Source: an uncultured candidate division WWE3 bacterium (GTDB taxonomy: Bacteria; Patescibacteriota; WWE3; UBA101185; UBA10185). Taken from it: a stretch of 64,000 nucleotides of DNA. Of this stretch, positions 38,224-49,200 are shown piece after piece (position 1 is the stretch's first letter; every line of letters starts with the position of its first letter). The position numbers and the translations under genes are program-made. Below the pieces are notes generated by a model, which saw only the letters and a program-made list of their open reading frames with translations, was not told the origin of the DNA and did no database searches. The stretch covers positions 280,079 through 344,078 of the forward strand of contig CAIRNR010000007.1 in assembly GCA_903879985.1 (NCBI GenBank), written 5' to 3'.

Positions 38224-38236
38224 AGCTGATAGAATA
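38224..38236 (+). promoter_or_regulatory. Extended -10 promoter (AGCTGATAGAATA) for the rpmH operon
   Basis: TGnTAGAAT 11 nt before the rpmH ATG. Confidence 0.55.
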
Positions 38237-38246
38237 CATATACATT

Positions 38247-38399
38247 ATGCCTAAAAGAGTTTGGCAACCTAAAAAACTAAAAAGAGTAAGAAAACATGGA
38301 TATATGGAACGTAAAGCCAGTGTCGGCGGAAGAGCCGTGCTTAAAAGAAGACTTTTAAAAGGTCGAAAGAAGCTTGCTGTTAAGTACAACGGTAAGTAA
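38247..38399 (+). CDS. rpmH: 50S ribosomal protein L34
   Basis: Hand translation [50 protein letters not shown]; canonical position before rnpA; absent from ORF track. Confidence 0.95.
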   Translation: MPKRVWQPKKLKRVRKHGYMERKASVGGRAVLKRRLLKGRKKLAVKYNGK

Positions 38400-38445
38400 T
38401 AACATTAGCATTCGTTGCGCCATGCGCACTAAGTGACCATAAAGC

Positions 38446-38793
38446 ATGCTTCCTAAACAAAACAGACTTTCCTCCAACTTTGAATTCAACATAACCAAAA
38501 AGTATGGTCAGTATGCTGAAGGCTACTTTTTCCACATTTACGTCTTAAAACCCAGAAATTATGAAGGACCTGCAAAAGTAGGTTTTGTCGTTTCAAATAA
38601 ATCCAGTAAAAAAGCCGTAGATAGAAACAGAATTAAAAGAGTATTTAGAGAAGTTATAGGTAAAAACTTTGATAAAATAGTCCCCGGATACTGGGTTGTA
38701 ATTTATCCAAAGGTATCTAGTTTAGAAAAAGGATATGAAGAAATTAACACTGACTTTAATAAAGTTATACAAAAAAACCTTTTCACCAATTAA
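38446..38793 (+). CDS. rnpA: RNase P protein component
   Basis: [26 protein letters not shown] (RNR motif). Confidence 0.95.
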   Translation: MLPKQNRLSSNFEFNITKKYGQYAEGYFFHIYVLKPRNYEGPAKVGFVVSNKSSKKAVDRNRIKRVFREVIGKNFDKIVPGYWVVIYPKVSSLEKGYEEINTDFNKVIQKNLFTN

Positions 38794-38950
38794 CTTTGGA
38801 ATAAACACTTGTAGATTTACGCCCAGTTGTGCCGACTATACCAGCCAAGCTATTGAAAAGTATGGTGTTTTTAAAGGAAGCTTGCTAGGATTTGCTAGAA
38901 TATTAAGATGTAATCCATTTTCTAAAGGAGGATTTGACCCGGTAAGGTAA
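38735..38950 (+). CDS. yidD: Membrane protein insertion efficiency factor YidD
   Basis: [26 protein letters not shown]. Confidence 0.95.
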   Translation: MKKLTLTLIKLYKKTFSPINFGINTCRFTPSCADYTSQAIEKYGVFKGSLLGFARILRCNPFSKGGFDPVR

Positions 38951-38961
38951 AATAGTAATCT

Positions 38962-39765
38962 ATGTCGTTTTCGCTTGTTTGGGACACTATAATTTTAAAT
39001 CCAATATTTAATATATTGGCAGTTCTTTATCACGTAAGTCAAAACTTAGGTGTAGCCATTATATTGTTTACGTTTTTACTAAAATTTGCGCTTATTCCAA
39101 TTACCCTTCCACAAATTAAAATGGCCAGTAAACAACGCGAAATGCAGCCGGAGCTAGACAAATTAAAGGAAAAATACAAGCACGACAAGCAAAAGTTGGC
39201 ACAAATGCAAATGGAGTTAATGAAACAGCACGGTATAAACCCAGGAGCTGGTTGTTTAACAACAATAATCACCTTAGTTTTGATGATCGCCATCTACCGC
39301 GCGGTCTCGATATTTACTATCAGCACCAATATTATGGATATCAACAAGCATATCTGGTTTCCAGAATTTCAACTCGGCTCACTTGAAGATATCAAAACTA
39401 CCTTTTTATATTTAAACTTAGCTAAGCCCGATAAGTTCTTTGTAATACCTGTTATTACTGTTGTACTGCAATTTTTAGCCACAAAAATGATGATGCCATT
39501 TGCAGAACTTGGTGAAAAAGCCGCTAAAAAAACACCGGAAAAAACTGACGATATTATGCAAGCGATGCAAAAACAGAACCTATACGTAATGCCATTTATG
39601 TACCTAATATTCGGGTTAACATTGCCATCTGGCGTTATGTTGTATATTATAGTGTCAACCCTATTCCAGGTCGGACAAAGCTACTTCTTCACTGGCTGGG
39701 GTGGATTAAAACCTTGGATTAACAAATTGCGCAGTAAATTAAATTTAAGCCCCGTGAAAAGGTAA
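38962..39765 (+). CDS. yidC: Membrane insertase YidC/Oxa1
   Basis: LGVAIILFT, QPELDKLKEKY, HGINP..GCL, LPSGVMLY. Confidence 0.93.
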   Translation: MSFSLVWDTIILNPIFNILAVLYHVSQNLGVAIILFTFLLKFALIPITLPQIKMASKQREMQPELDKLKEKYKHDKQKLAQMQMELMKQHGINPGAGCLTTIITLVLMIAIYRAVSIFTISTNIMDINKHIWFPEFQLGSLEDIKTTFLYLNLAKPDKFFVIPVITVVLQFLATKMMMPFAELGEKAAKKTPEKTDDIMQAMQKQNLYVMPFMYLIFGLTLPSGVMLYIIVSTLFQVGQSYFFTGWGGLKPWINKLRSKLNLSPVKR

Positions 39766-39769
39766 ATAT

Positions 39770-40222
39770 ATGAATATAAAAACTATAAAATCTTTTTTAG
39801 ACGAAATATTTAAGCACTTAGGCATTAAGCCAGATGTGCAAATTGAAGAATTAGACGATAAAGCCTACAAAATTACAATTGAAGGAAACGACTTAAGTTT
39901 CTTAATTGGATTTAGAGGCGAATCTTTAGAGGCATTGCAATCAATAATTAGTATGATGATGCTAAGAAAACTTGGCGAACCAGTATCAATAATATTAGAT
40001 ATTAATGGATACCGAGATCAAAAAGCCGAAAGAATAGTAAGTCTAACAAAAACATTTATAGATAAAGTCAGATTTTTTGAAAAAGATGTGGAAATGCCAC
40101 CAATGAATCCTTGGGAAAGACGCCAAGTTCATGTACTAGTCGCTGAATACGATGACGTTGAATCAGAAAGTACCGGAGAAGGTCCAACAAGACGAGTTGT
40201 ATTAAAACCAAAGCACAAGTAA
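39770..40222 (+). CDS. jag: Jag/EloR KH-R3H RNA-binding protein (lacks Jag_N)
   Basis: LIGFRGESLEALQ, DINGYR, PMNPWERRQVH, STGEG..RRVV. Confidence 0.9.
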   Translation: MNIKTIKSFLDEIFKHLGIKPDVQIEELDDKAYKITIEGNDLSFLIGFRGESLEALQSIISMMMLRKLGEPVSIILDINGYRDQKAERIVSLTKTFIDKVRFFEKDVEMPPMNPWERRQVHVLVAEYDDVESESTGEGPTRRVVLKPKHK

Positions 40223-40250
40223 TATTGCCTAAACGCAACGTACGATAATT

Positions 40251-41369
40251 ATGAAATTTAGCTGTCTACAAGAAAATCTATCTAAAGGGCTTCAAGTCGT
40301 ATCTAAAGCAGTACCAACAAAGGGACCGCTTCCTATTTTATCGAACATATTAATCTCAGCGGAACAAGGTCGCTTAAAACTTGTCGCCACAGATTTAGAA
40401 ACTACCATCATCACCTACGTCAACGCTTCAGTAGACGAAGAAGGCTCTGTAACGGTTCCTGCAAGAATATTAAAGGAATTTGTGACTAACCTATCCCCCT
40501 CAACAATAGAAGCTAAATTAGACCGAGATATTTTGCATTTAACATCACAAAAAACTAAATCTAAATTTAATGGAACAAGTTCTGCTGACTTTCCGGAACT
40601 ACCCACAATTGATACTTCGGTTGACGCTATTGAAGTAGATGCAAAAGAATTTGCGCGCGCCGTAGCTGTTGTAGCATTTGCCTCAGCCACCGACGAAAGC
40701 AAACCGGTCTTTACAGGAATATTCTTAAGTTTTGCTGATAACATACTTACCATCGCTTCAACTGATGGATTTAGACTTTCTGAAAAAGCCTTAATTTTAA
40801 AAACCGTAAGCAAAGAGTTCACCACAATAATACCTGCTAAAACATTAAGTGAAGTTACAAAGATATTTTCAAACGCAACCGAACCATTAAAAATAATCAT
40901 TAGTGAAGATGCAAATACGGCAGTATTCCAAGCTGACGACACAACAATATATACCAGGATTTTGGACGGACAATATCCTGACTACAAAAGAATCATTCCA
41001 GCAAATGCCACTTTAAAAGCACAGTTTAACGAAGAAGAATTTTCGGAAGCTGTTAAATTAACAAACATATTTTTAAAAGAAGGCGATAACAATACTTTAA
41101 AGATAAGATTTGATCCTAAAGGTGTTATTAGAGTAGCTTCCTTGGCCGACGAACAAGGATCCCACGAAAGTGAATTGGCCGCTGAAATTGAAGGTGAAAT
41201 GTTGGAAGTTGCATTTAGCGCCAAATATTTATTGGACTTTTTAAATAATGTTAAATGTCCTATTCTGGTATTTGAAACTAGCGGAAATAAGTCAGCATGT
41301 TTATTGAGACCACAAAACCAAGTAGAGCACGAAGGATTTTTGCATATAATAATGCCCATTCAGATTTAG
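40251..41369 (+). CDS. dnaN: DNA polymerase III beta clamp
   Basis: LPILSNILI, ATDLE, STDGFRL, YPDYKRIIP, IIMPI. Confidence 0.96.
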   Translation: MKFSCLQENLSKGLQVVSKAVPTKGPLPILSNILISAEQGRLKLVATDLETTIITYVNASVDEEGSVTVPARILKEFVTNLSPSTIEAKLDRDILHLTSQKTKSKFNGTSSADFPELPTIDTSVDAIEVDAKEFARAVAVVAFASATDESKPVFTGIFLSFADNILTIASTDGFRLSEKALILKTVSKEFTTIIPAKTLSEVTKIFSNATEPLKIIISEDANTAVFQADDTTIYTRILDGQYPDYKRIIPANATLKAQFNEEEFSEAVKLTNIFLKEGDNNTLKIRFDPKGVIRVASLADEQGSHESELAAEIEGEMLEVAFSAKYLLDFLNNVKCPILVFETSGNKSACLLRPQNQVEHEGFLHIIMPIQI

Positions 41370-41425
41370 AATAGTAGTAGAAAACCGCGTAACTTATAAA
41401 TTCACCATAACTATTTTATTTGCTA

Positions 41426-43684
41426 TTATCTCAAATCTTCAGTACCGTCGTTTTGTGTACCACTTGTTAGCGTTTGGTTCATAGGTAAAGGTGTAGCAGG
41501 GCGTGGTGGAATACTTCCTGTGTTAGTAGGCATACTCGCGGCTACGGAGTTTAATATTTCCTCACTCGAAGGCATTCTATTTATATCTTTTGGTTCTTCT
41601 GCAGGCTTTTCCACAGGTTTTGGAGCAGACGCTGGTTGAACAGGCTGTGATTGCACTTGCGACAAAGAAGATGTTGTATCCATAATCGTTGATGTCTTAA
41701 TACTTGGAGCAGCCGGGGCGCTACTAAATGGTTTTTGAGCATACTCTGGTTTTACTTTTCCTTGCGCGTCAAAGGTTTCATACTTGTCGTGATTTAAAGT
41801 ATTAGACATGGAATCCATTGGTTTATAAGTTTGTCGTGGTGAAGCTGTTGGTGCAACTTTTCCGATTAAACCTTCCGCACGAAGTTTTAATAATTCTTCT
41901 GGGTTTGTAGTGATTAATTTATGCTCAGCTTCCGAAGCCATAATTTTAATAGCGACGTGGTTGGAACCGGCAAAGAACAATCCTTCTCCTACACCGGCTG
42001 AGAGTAACAATCTTTTTTCTCCTTCGGACAAGTAAAAGGTTTCGGCAACTTTATCAATTCCTGCGGGGTGCTGTTTAAGCAAAATTTGAATTGACGAGTT
42101 TGTAACAATTGCTTTTCCATACTCAGAAGTTAAAAAGTCATCAACATCTTGAGAAATTGTTGTTAAACCTAGGTAATATTTTCGTGCACGTTTAGCAATA
42201 CCGTACATAAAGCGCGCCGAATCTTCGTTTTGCATCAAATACCATGCTTCTTCAACGATTAATATTCTTTTGCGTAATTCTTTTTTAATACGTGTCCAAA
42301 CAAAATCCAGGATCATGTAAAATGCAATTGGGCGTAATGCTTCCTCAAGATTTTGAGTTGAAAAAACGGTCATGCGACTTTCAAGATTAATGTTTGATTG
42401 AGAGTCGAAAATACCTGTCATTGAACCCTTAATAAACTTTTCTAATCTATCAGCCATTCCGTGAGCTTCAGGTTCGGCTGCACCAAGTAAAACTTTGTAT
42501 AAATCTTCCATAACTGGCGGCTCTCTGTTCATTTGAGTATCTGGATCTGTGGTAATTCCTTTGATACGATAAGTTTCAATTAAGGCACGATCCAAAATAG
42601 CTTCCTCAGCTGGAGACATTCCGCCAAGCATAAGTTTAAGTAAAGTTACAAGTGAAATTAATTTTTGACCAAGTTCGTTTTCACCTTCGGTAGCTATTCC
42701 TGCTAAATCAAATGGGTTTATTTTAAATTTAGAATTTGCAGAAAAGTCGATATAGTTTCCGCCAACAGCTTCGCATAGTGTTTGATACTCTTTTTCAGGA
42801 TCGATAATCATTAGGTCTGCACCGAATACCATTAATCGAAGTGCTTCTAACTTAACAAAATATGATTTACCTGAACCAGACTTTGCAAAAACAACGGAGT
42901 TAGCATTTTCCATAGAGAAACGGTCAAAGATAATAAGAGAACCATTGTGTCTGTTAATACCATACATAATTCCCTCTTCCATCGTTAAATCGGAAGTTGT
43001 GAATGGGAAAGTTGTAGCCAAACTTGTTGTGTCCATGTTTCTCGTTATGAGAAGTTTATCTAAACCAGCCGGAACCGTTGATTGAAAAGCATCTTCCATT
43101 TGTAAAGCTGCTGCCTTTGAGATTAACAACAAAGAACCAAGGGTTGATTCTAATTTTGCAGTAACATTTTCCAACTCTTCAAGTGAAGCTGCAGGAATTG
43201 TTATGTAAAAAGAGAACTGGAAATATTTTTCAACACCCTTAACCAATTGCTCTTGTAAAGATTTTGCATCTTCAAGGGCTGCAGTAACAACTGGATCACT
43301 AATTTTACCTTTTTCTACGTTTGTAATTGTTGTTGCTTCTAGTTCTGTAATTTTTCGGCGAAGGTCATCCAAAATTGTTTTTGACTTAACCGGATAATAA
43401 AACATGGAAATGTCTAGGGTATGTTCAAAGTTAATGATTGGAGAAAGCCAGTTAGCCCCGACAAATCGAGGATAACCTGCAACAAATAAAGTTCGATAAT
43501 ACATGTTTCCTATACGAACATAGGTAAAATCAACCTCAATAGCGGAAGGAGCAATAATATCTCTAACGTTAAGCATTCCCTCAGCCAGAATTTCAGCAGG
43601 TGCTTTATCAATAGCCGATCCTGGGATTTGTCCCTCATGCGATGGCTTTTTTTTGTTAAACATTGTAAATAGATTTATTGACAT
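41426..43684 (-). CDS. VirB4/TraE-like conjugative-type ATPase
   Basis: FAKSGSGKS, IIDPEKEY, INPFD, IVEEAW, KRARKY, ISQDV.DF; Pro-rich C-terminal tail. Confidence 0.9.
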   Translation of the reverse strand: MSINLFTMFNKKKPSHEGQIPGSAIDKAPAEILAEGMLNVRDIIAPSAIEVDFTYVRIGNMYYRTLFVAGYPRFVGANWLSPIINFEHTLDISMFYYPVKSKTILDDLRRKITELEATTITNVEKGKISDPVVTAALEDAKSLQEQLVKGVEKYFQFSFYITIPAASLEELENVTAKLESTLGSLLLISKAAALQMEDAFQSTVPAGLDKLLITRNMDTTSLATTFPFTTSDLTMEEGIMYGINRHNGSLIIFDRFSMENANSVVFAKSGSGKSYFVKLEALRLMVFGADLMIIDPEKEYQTLCEAVGGNYIDFSANSKFKINPFDLAGIATEGENELGQKLISLVTLLKLMLGGMSPAEEAILDRALIETYRIKGITTDPDTQMNREPPVMEDLYKVLLGAAEPEAHGMADRLEKFIKGSMTGIFDSQSNINLESRMTVFSTQNLEEALRPIAFYMILDFVWTRIKKELRKRILIVEEAWYLMQNEDSARFMYGIAKRARKYYLGLTTISQDVDDFLTSEYGKAIVTNSSIQILLKQHPAGIDKVAETFYLSEGEKRLLLSAGVGEGLFFAGSNHVAIKIMASEAEHKLITTNPEELLKLRAEGLIGKVAPTASPRQTYKPMDSMSNTLNHDKYETFDAQGKVKPEYAQKPFSSAPAAPSIKTSTIMDTTSSLSQVQSQPVQPASAPKPVEKPAEEPKDINRMPSSEEILNSVAASMPTNTGSIPPRPATPLPMNQTLTSGTQNDGTEDLR

Positions 43685-43696
43685 ATTATATTAACC

Positions 43697-44398
43697 TCAC
43701 TCTTCCAAAATTGCCGGATTTACAATAGCTGTTTTGTAATCCCCAATATTTGTTCTAATTCTCTGACCATGTACAGTACTTGGATTGTAAATATCAAAAT
43801 ATAATTCGACTAACTCTTGCGTTGACAACTGTTTTACTTTAATACCTAAACGATTGAACTCTTTAACAATATGATCAACCTTTGGTGCAATCTCTAAAGT
43901 TCCCTCTTTTAAAACACGATCAACATTAACGTTTACTCTTTTATTATAAGTACCCAAAAGTTTGTTAACCCATTCAAATGGTCCTGAACCTCCCTGACCT
44001 GCTGCCGGAGCACCCGATGGAATAACAACGTAAAACTTCTTGTCTAAAACTTCATTTTTTCTAATAACGTCCTGTACAAATTTTCTATACGCTTCTGCCT
44101 GATGTTTTAAAAGTGGATCGGTTATTTTTTGTTCAACACGCAATATTTTTTCTATGTACTTAGTAATATCCAATTTTTTGGAACGTATAACAATTTGTAC
44201 GTGAAAAGTGATTGAGTTTAATAACATTGAAAATGCGGCGATAATGGCATCCTGCTCAATTTCTGACAATAAATCAAAGTTAACTGATGTAGTTTGCAAA
44301 ACGGCACAAACAACGCCGGTTTTTAAAATAACGTGATTATCCTTAACATCTAAGATGTCTAAATGTTCTTGAGTTGTAGATACTATAGTTGCGGGCAT
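43697..44398 (-). CDS. VirB4-associated conserved protein (TraC/TcpE-like)
   Basis: STQEHLDI, VNFDLLSE.EQDAII, FYVVIP, ELVELYFD.YNP; between PrgI and VirB4. Confidence 0.75.
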   Translation of the reverse strand: MPATIVSTTQEHLDILDVKDNHVILKTGVVCAVLQTTSVNFDLLSEIEQDAIIAAFSMLLNSITFHVQIVIRSKKLDITKYIEKILRVEQKITDPLLKHQAEAYRKFVQDVIRKNEVLDKKFYVVIPSGAPAAGQGGSGPFEWVNKLLGTYNKRVNVNVDRVLKEGTLEIAPKVDHIVKEFNRLGIKVKQLSTQELVELYFDIYNPSTVHGQRIRTNIGDYKTAIVNPAILEE

Positions 44399-44399
44399 T

Positions 44400-46214
44400 T
44401 TATTTACTAATAAATTCCATTGGTGGAACTAATTCTCCTTTTAATTGTACAGAAATTATATCAAAGGTTAAGTCCTTTCCTTCAATTGGACTTACTTCTA
44501 TTGTATATGAACCATTTACCAAAGGCGACGTGAGAATAAATTGACCAATTGCATTTGTTTTAATAGCGCGTACTGGATCACGTCTATCATTTTTTATAAT
44601 AAGCAAAACATTTTCCATACCCTTTCCTTCTTTACTACGTACTACTCCCGACAAAGTATTTGGATTGTTAGTCAAAGGTTGCATGCGTGCGAATGATGGT
44701 GTTGAACCCACCTGTGGCGATGCGACACTTGAAACTTTTTCATCGATCTTTGACTGCAAATCTTGAATCTGTTTACTAAGTTGCGCGGAGGCATCGGTAA
44801 TAGAATTCCTTTGAATCTCTAAGCGCTTCAATAAGCTTTCCTGACTACTTGTTTCTTTTGAAGCAGTCTTACCTGCAGTAATTTCATCTTTTAGTTTTTG
44901 AATTTCATTATTTAAATCCTCGTTTTGGGCTTTTAATTTCTCTTCAACATCGGTCGCCTCCGTACTAACATCTTTTTCAGGAGTCTCAACTGGTGAGGTA
45001 ACTACTTGTGCAGTACGCTGTTGTGGCGCAACTCTTGGTACAGTGGTCAAATGAATTCCTTCTTTTTCTTTAATGCTTTTTAAAAGTTCTTGAAGTCTTT
45101 CTGCCTTAGCTTTTATATCGTTCTCAACGTCAACTTCATCAACACTTCTAATCACGCGCTCTCCGCGGATTGGCAATATCAATTCACCACTTTCAGGTAA
45201 TAAGTTTGTAAATTTACGACCAGAATGCATGTCAGGAGTAATTGGGACATACCCTTCAATTGGTTTTTGGTAGTTTTCATAATTTGGAGTACTTTCAATG
45301 CGTAATGGTCTATTCTTAGGAGCAGCCGGTGCCGAAACAACCGGTACGACAGGAGTTACTGCAGAAGTGGTGGCAACGGTAGGTGTAACTGGCGCAGGTG
45401 ACGCTTGAACTGGTTTTACAGCTGCAACAACAGGTTGTTGCGTTGGTTGTTGTACCGCCATCGCCGAAACAGTTGCTGTAGGTACAATACTTTCCACAAC
45501 AGAATTGTTCTGTACAGTTGCGTCTGTCGACGCATTTTTAACTTCTGCAACTTCCACCTTTGGCATTTCAGGCTTTTTCTCTGGAACTTGCTCCTGTGGT
45601 TCTTCCGCAGGTAATTGCATATCTTGCTGAGGTAATGGTGGGAATACAATAGCCGGTTCCTCATAAGTAACCGAAACCGATGTTGGTACACCTTGAGAAG
45701 GTACAGACACTACACCCGCGTATGCCTCGTGTACTTTCATAGCATATTTTCTCTCAGGAATATCTAACGGATCGTCGTCAGTCGCGGTTTCTTGGTATTT
45801 CAAATATTCTTCCAAACGTCGACGACTTGAAGTTGGCGCAAGTGTAATTAACTCTTGTTTAACAACATTTAAATTATCTTGTAGAAATGCTGTTGGAATA
45901 GTGGGTTCTTTATGCCACACACGTTGTGTAGGAAAATAAACCGAGCGAATAAAATTAACAATCCATTCATCAAGACCGCGCTCTTGGAAAGGAATAAATG
46001 CCAAACCCAGTGCTAGTAGTGCCAAGAAAACTGTTATTGGCCACTTAAACAATCCCACAACTGTAACAGTACTAAGGTAAGATAAAATTCCAAATACCAA
46101 CAAATAAGCAAATTGGCGCATCGTCAAATCACCAACAAGTTTAAATTCCACATCCATAATATTTTGTGGAACGGCATGCTGTTTATTTGATAGAGGCATT
46201 TCTGCTAATGGCAT
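44400..46214 (-). CDS. PrgI-family protein with low-complexity linker, coiled coil and C-terminal beta-sandwich domain
   Basis: HAVPQNI..VEFKLVGDLT.RQF, ERGLDEW, P.QRVW.K; C-terminal PVRAIKTN..GQF. Confidence 0.8.
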   Translation of the reverse strand: MPLAEMPLSNKQHAVPQNIMDVEFKLVGDLTMRQFAYLLVFGILSYLSTVTVVGLFKWPITVFLALLALGLAFIPFQERGLDEWIVNFIRSVYFPTQRVWHKEPTIPTAFLQDNLNVVKQELITLAPTSSRRRLEEYLKYQETATDDDPLDIPERKYAMKVHEAYAGVVSVPSQGVPTSVSVTYEEPAIVFPPLPQQDMQLPAEEPQEQVPEKKPEMPKVEVAEVKNASTDATVQNNSVVESIVPTATVSAMAVQQPTQQPVVAAVKPVQASPAPVTPTVATTSAVTPVVPVVSAPAAPKNRPLRIESTPNYENYQKPIEGYVPITPDMHSGRKFTNLLPESGELILPIRGERVIRSVDEVDVENDIKAKAERLQELLKSIKEKEGIHLTTVPRVAPQQRTAQVVTSPVETPEKDVSTEATDVEEKLKAQNEDLNNEIQKLKDEITAGKTASKETSSQESLLKRLEIQRNSITDASAQLSKQIQDLQSKIDEKVSSVASPQVGSTPSFARMQPLTNNPNTLSGVVRSKEGKGMENVLLIIKNDRRDPVRAIKTNAIGQFILTSPLVNGSYTIEVSPIEGKDLTFDIISVQLKGELVPPMEFISK

Positions 46215-46221
46215 TTATATA

Positions 46222-46233
46222 ATTCTATCAGCT
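46222..46233 (-). promoter_or_regulatory. Extended -10 promoter (AGCTGATAGAAT) for the PrgI-VirB4 operon
   Basis: TGnTAGAAT 7 nt before ATG 46214. Confidence 0.5.
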
Positions 46234-46259
46234 AGTAACTTACAAAGCTACGCAGGAAA

Positions 46260-49200
46260 CTAATACAGACTTACATTATAAAGGGAGTCTTCTTGTAAAA
46301 TTCCACTTTTGTAAACTGTATCTTTGTCTACAGATAAATTAGAACTTGAAGACATTACATGCATACCAAATGGTGGATTGAATACAAACTGGAATTCATC
46401 ACCGTTTGTACCTGGCTGTTTTTGCCAATAAAGTTTGTAGTCCTTTTGCGTAGATGTTATTGAAAAGTTTGTAGGCAAATCGTAACTAAAGATTAAACGT
46501 GCGCTCTTTCCGGTTAGCAACTTAAACGAAGTTTCGAAAACGGTGTAATTACCTTCAGTTGAAACTACAACATCTTTAAATATATCGGTTTCGGTTGTGC
46601 CATCAAATATTAATTTTGCACCCGTAATTTTTGATCCGTTTTGTACTATAACTCTTACGTAATCTGTGTATGGTCCTGCTGGCCAGGCATCACTTGTACC
46701 TGTGTGTTGATAATCCAAATATAAGTTAGCGCGCAATAAACCGTCGCGTGTTAAAGAATTTACTTCGTATAAAAGTTTGTTCTTAACATAGTAGTTAGCT
46801 TTTGTGCCACCAACATTTGCATTCACGACATTTAAATAATCTCCATCAGTTTGAACCAAAGACCCATCCCATTTTTTATCTTTTAAAACCAGGCTTAAAG
46901 GATTATTGGTTAAGTAAACTGCTAAATGACGCTCGGTTAATGAAGTATTAATCGCAGTTAATAAGTTTGGTGTAGCATCTTGTTTTAAAGCAAATAACTT
47001 TTCCAAAAGTTTGCTTCCTAAAACAGTTAAGAATGAACGTTTTTGGTCTGAACCATCTTTATAGTTAAAATCACTGTGTAATTGGGCACGTTCATAAAGG
47101 TTATCCGCATTAATTTCTTCGTTGTAAGCTGCTAAAAATACAGGTCCGGTAACTTTAAGAATATTTTGAACAAAGCTCAAATCCAATGAAACGTAACCAT
47201 CCATTTTTACGCCGGTTACTTTGTAATATAAATCATCAAATGTTTGGGCGGATTTGGTAAAGTCAGGATCCCAATTTGAATTTCTCAGGAACAACTGCTT
47301 TTCTCCCAAAAACTTAGCGATAGGCTCAGGAGATTTAACGTTTACGCCACGCAACGTAATTTGTCCGTCGGGATTATAAATGTCGTCAATAACTAAATCT
47401 TTAAGTTTACCTTTATCAAAAGTTAAGATTCCATATGAACCAATAAAGCCTCCTGTTGGTCTAAGTTCATTAGAATTTTGAAACCAGACTAAATATTTCT
47501 TTTGTGTATCGGAACCCAAAAGCTGGGGTAATTCTGCAACCAAAGAATTTAATAAATTCAAGTTTGTTCCCATACCGCCTAAACTGTTTTTGTAAAATTC
47601 AACCTTGTCGCGATATTTTACCGGAACATCGTTGGCATCAATGTACTGGGCATCGGCTTGCGCGAGATTTATATAATTTTTGGCATTGGCAATTTCCAAT
47701 TGAGCGTTTTCAAATGTCAAAGGATCAAGCGTGGCCGTGGAATCAGGCCTCACTACTTCCCATAGAGCTTGCAAAGGCTTAACTGCGGTGGAAATACTTT
47801 GAGCAGATTTAGAAAAATATGCTAAAGAACTTAAACTTTTATCATAAGTACTAAATGTTTTTTGCTTTCCTGCAACGTTAAAAAGCCACTGTAAACTGTG
47901 AAGATATCTACGAGCGGACGTAAAGTCTTCGGCAGCACCCAAGGAAGCTTTGGATATATCGTCGGCCTTTAATCCAAGTGCCGAATCCTGAAGTTTTTGT
48001 AATGACGCAATACCGCTGGTAGCACTTCGATACGCCAAAAAAGATGGCGCTGCAACAAAAACCACAAAGGCTGCAAATGTTATGGAAAAACCATACAAAA
48101 AATACATTAGTATCTTTTGCACTAATGAAACTTTTTTTGTAAATATAGGAGCATTAGTTCGTTTAAATATGCTAAACAAAGATGACAGGCTGAACTTAAA
48201 TTTATTGATAGGTTGCTTAGACTCCAATTTTGGTGCAATAGGCGGAACCGCTGCAGGCCATGTTGGTGCGTTACTTGGCACGGGTTGCGCTGTAAAAATT
48301 TCGGAGGCTTTAGCATTTTGCAAAGTGAACAATTCTGCCGCCGAAGCCTTTTGCTTGGATTCTTGTTTTTGTTGAATATATTTACCTGGTTTAAAAGTGT
48401 TTTCATTTGGCGTATAGCCAAACCATTGCAAGGTTTTAATTATTCCTTCTTTTAGAGTTACTTTTGAAAACCAATTTAGTTCTTTAAGACTTGCTGTATT
48501 TGGTAAGGCTGCTTGAGGCATGGCATCTGTTAGACGGGGTTTAAATTGGACATCCACGCCACCATCAGCTAAGCTTTTTACAACATACGCTAATTCCAAC
48601 ACGGATAACTGCTCCCCTGGAACTAGCGAGTAGATACCACCCTTTGTATCCTGGTTAAATAGCGCTTTGAATAAACCCGAAACGGCATCAGCAACATAAA
48701 GATAATATTCCCTCTCAAAACCTTCGCCATAAATTGTAACGTTGTGACCCTCAATAAGATCTTTTAAAAAGGAACCTAAGTTTCCGCTTGAATCCAAACT
48801 CATACGTGGACCATAAACTTCAGGCAATCTCACAATACGCACGTCTGTATCATTCTTTTTAAAATATTCCCAAGCAACAGCTTCAGCAAACCTTTTAGCT
48901 TCGGTTAGGCTAAACTTATTGTCCTCCATACCCGAATGTCCAAAATACTTTTCCATATCCTGCTGAGACATACGTCCTTGATATACATCCATTGTGGAAA
49001 CAAGTAGAAATTTTCCGTTAGATTTATTAACAAGATCCAATAAATTTTTGGTTCCAAGTGAGTTAGTTAAAAGTGAGTCTAGGTTAATTAATTCTTTGCT
49101 AAATGAATATTCTTCAAGTCCCGCCAAGTGCATAACATAATCAACAGATTCTATTTCTTCAGGAATACCTTGATTAATATCCACATCGTATAAAGCAAAA

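Noticed and set aside
38201-38389. ORF 38201..38389(-)
   Set aside because: Antisense to rpmH
41426-46214. Integrative conjugative element
   Set aside because: No relaxase, integrase, coupling protein, att repeats or compositional break visible
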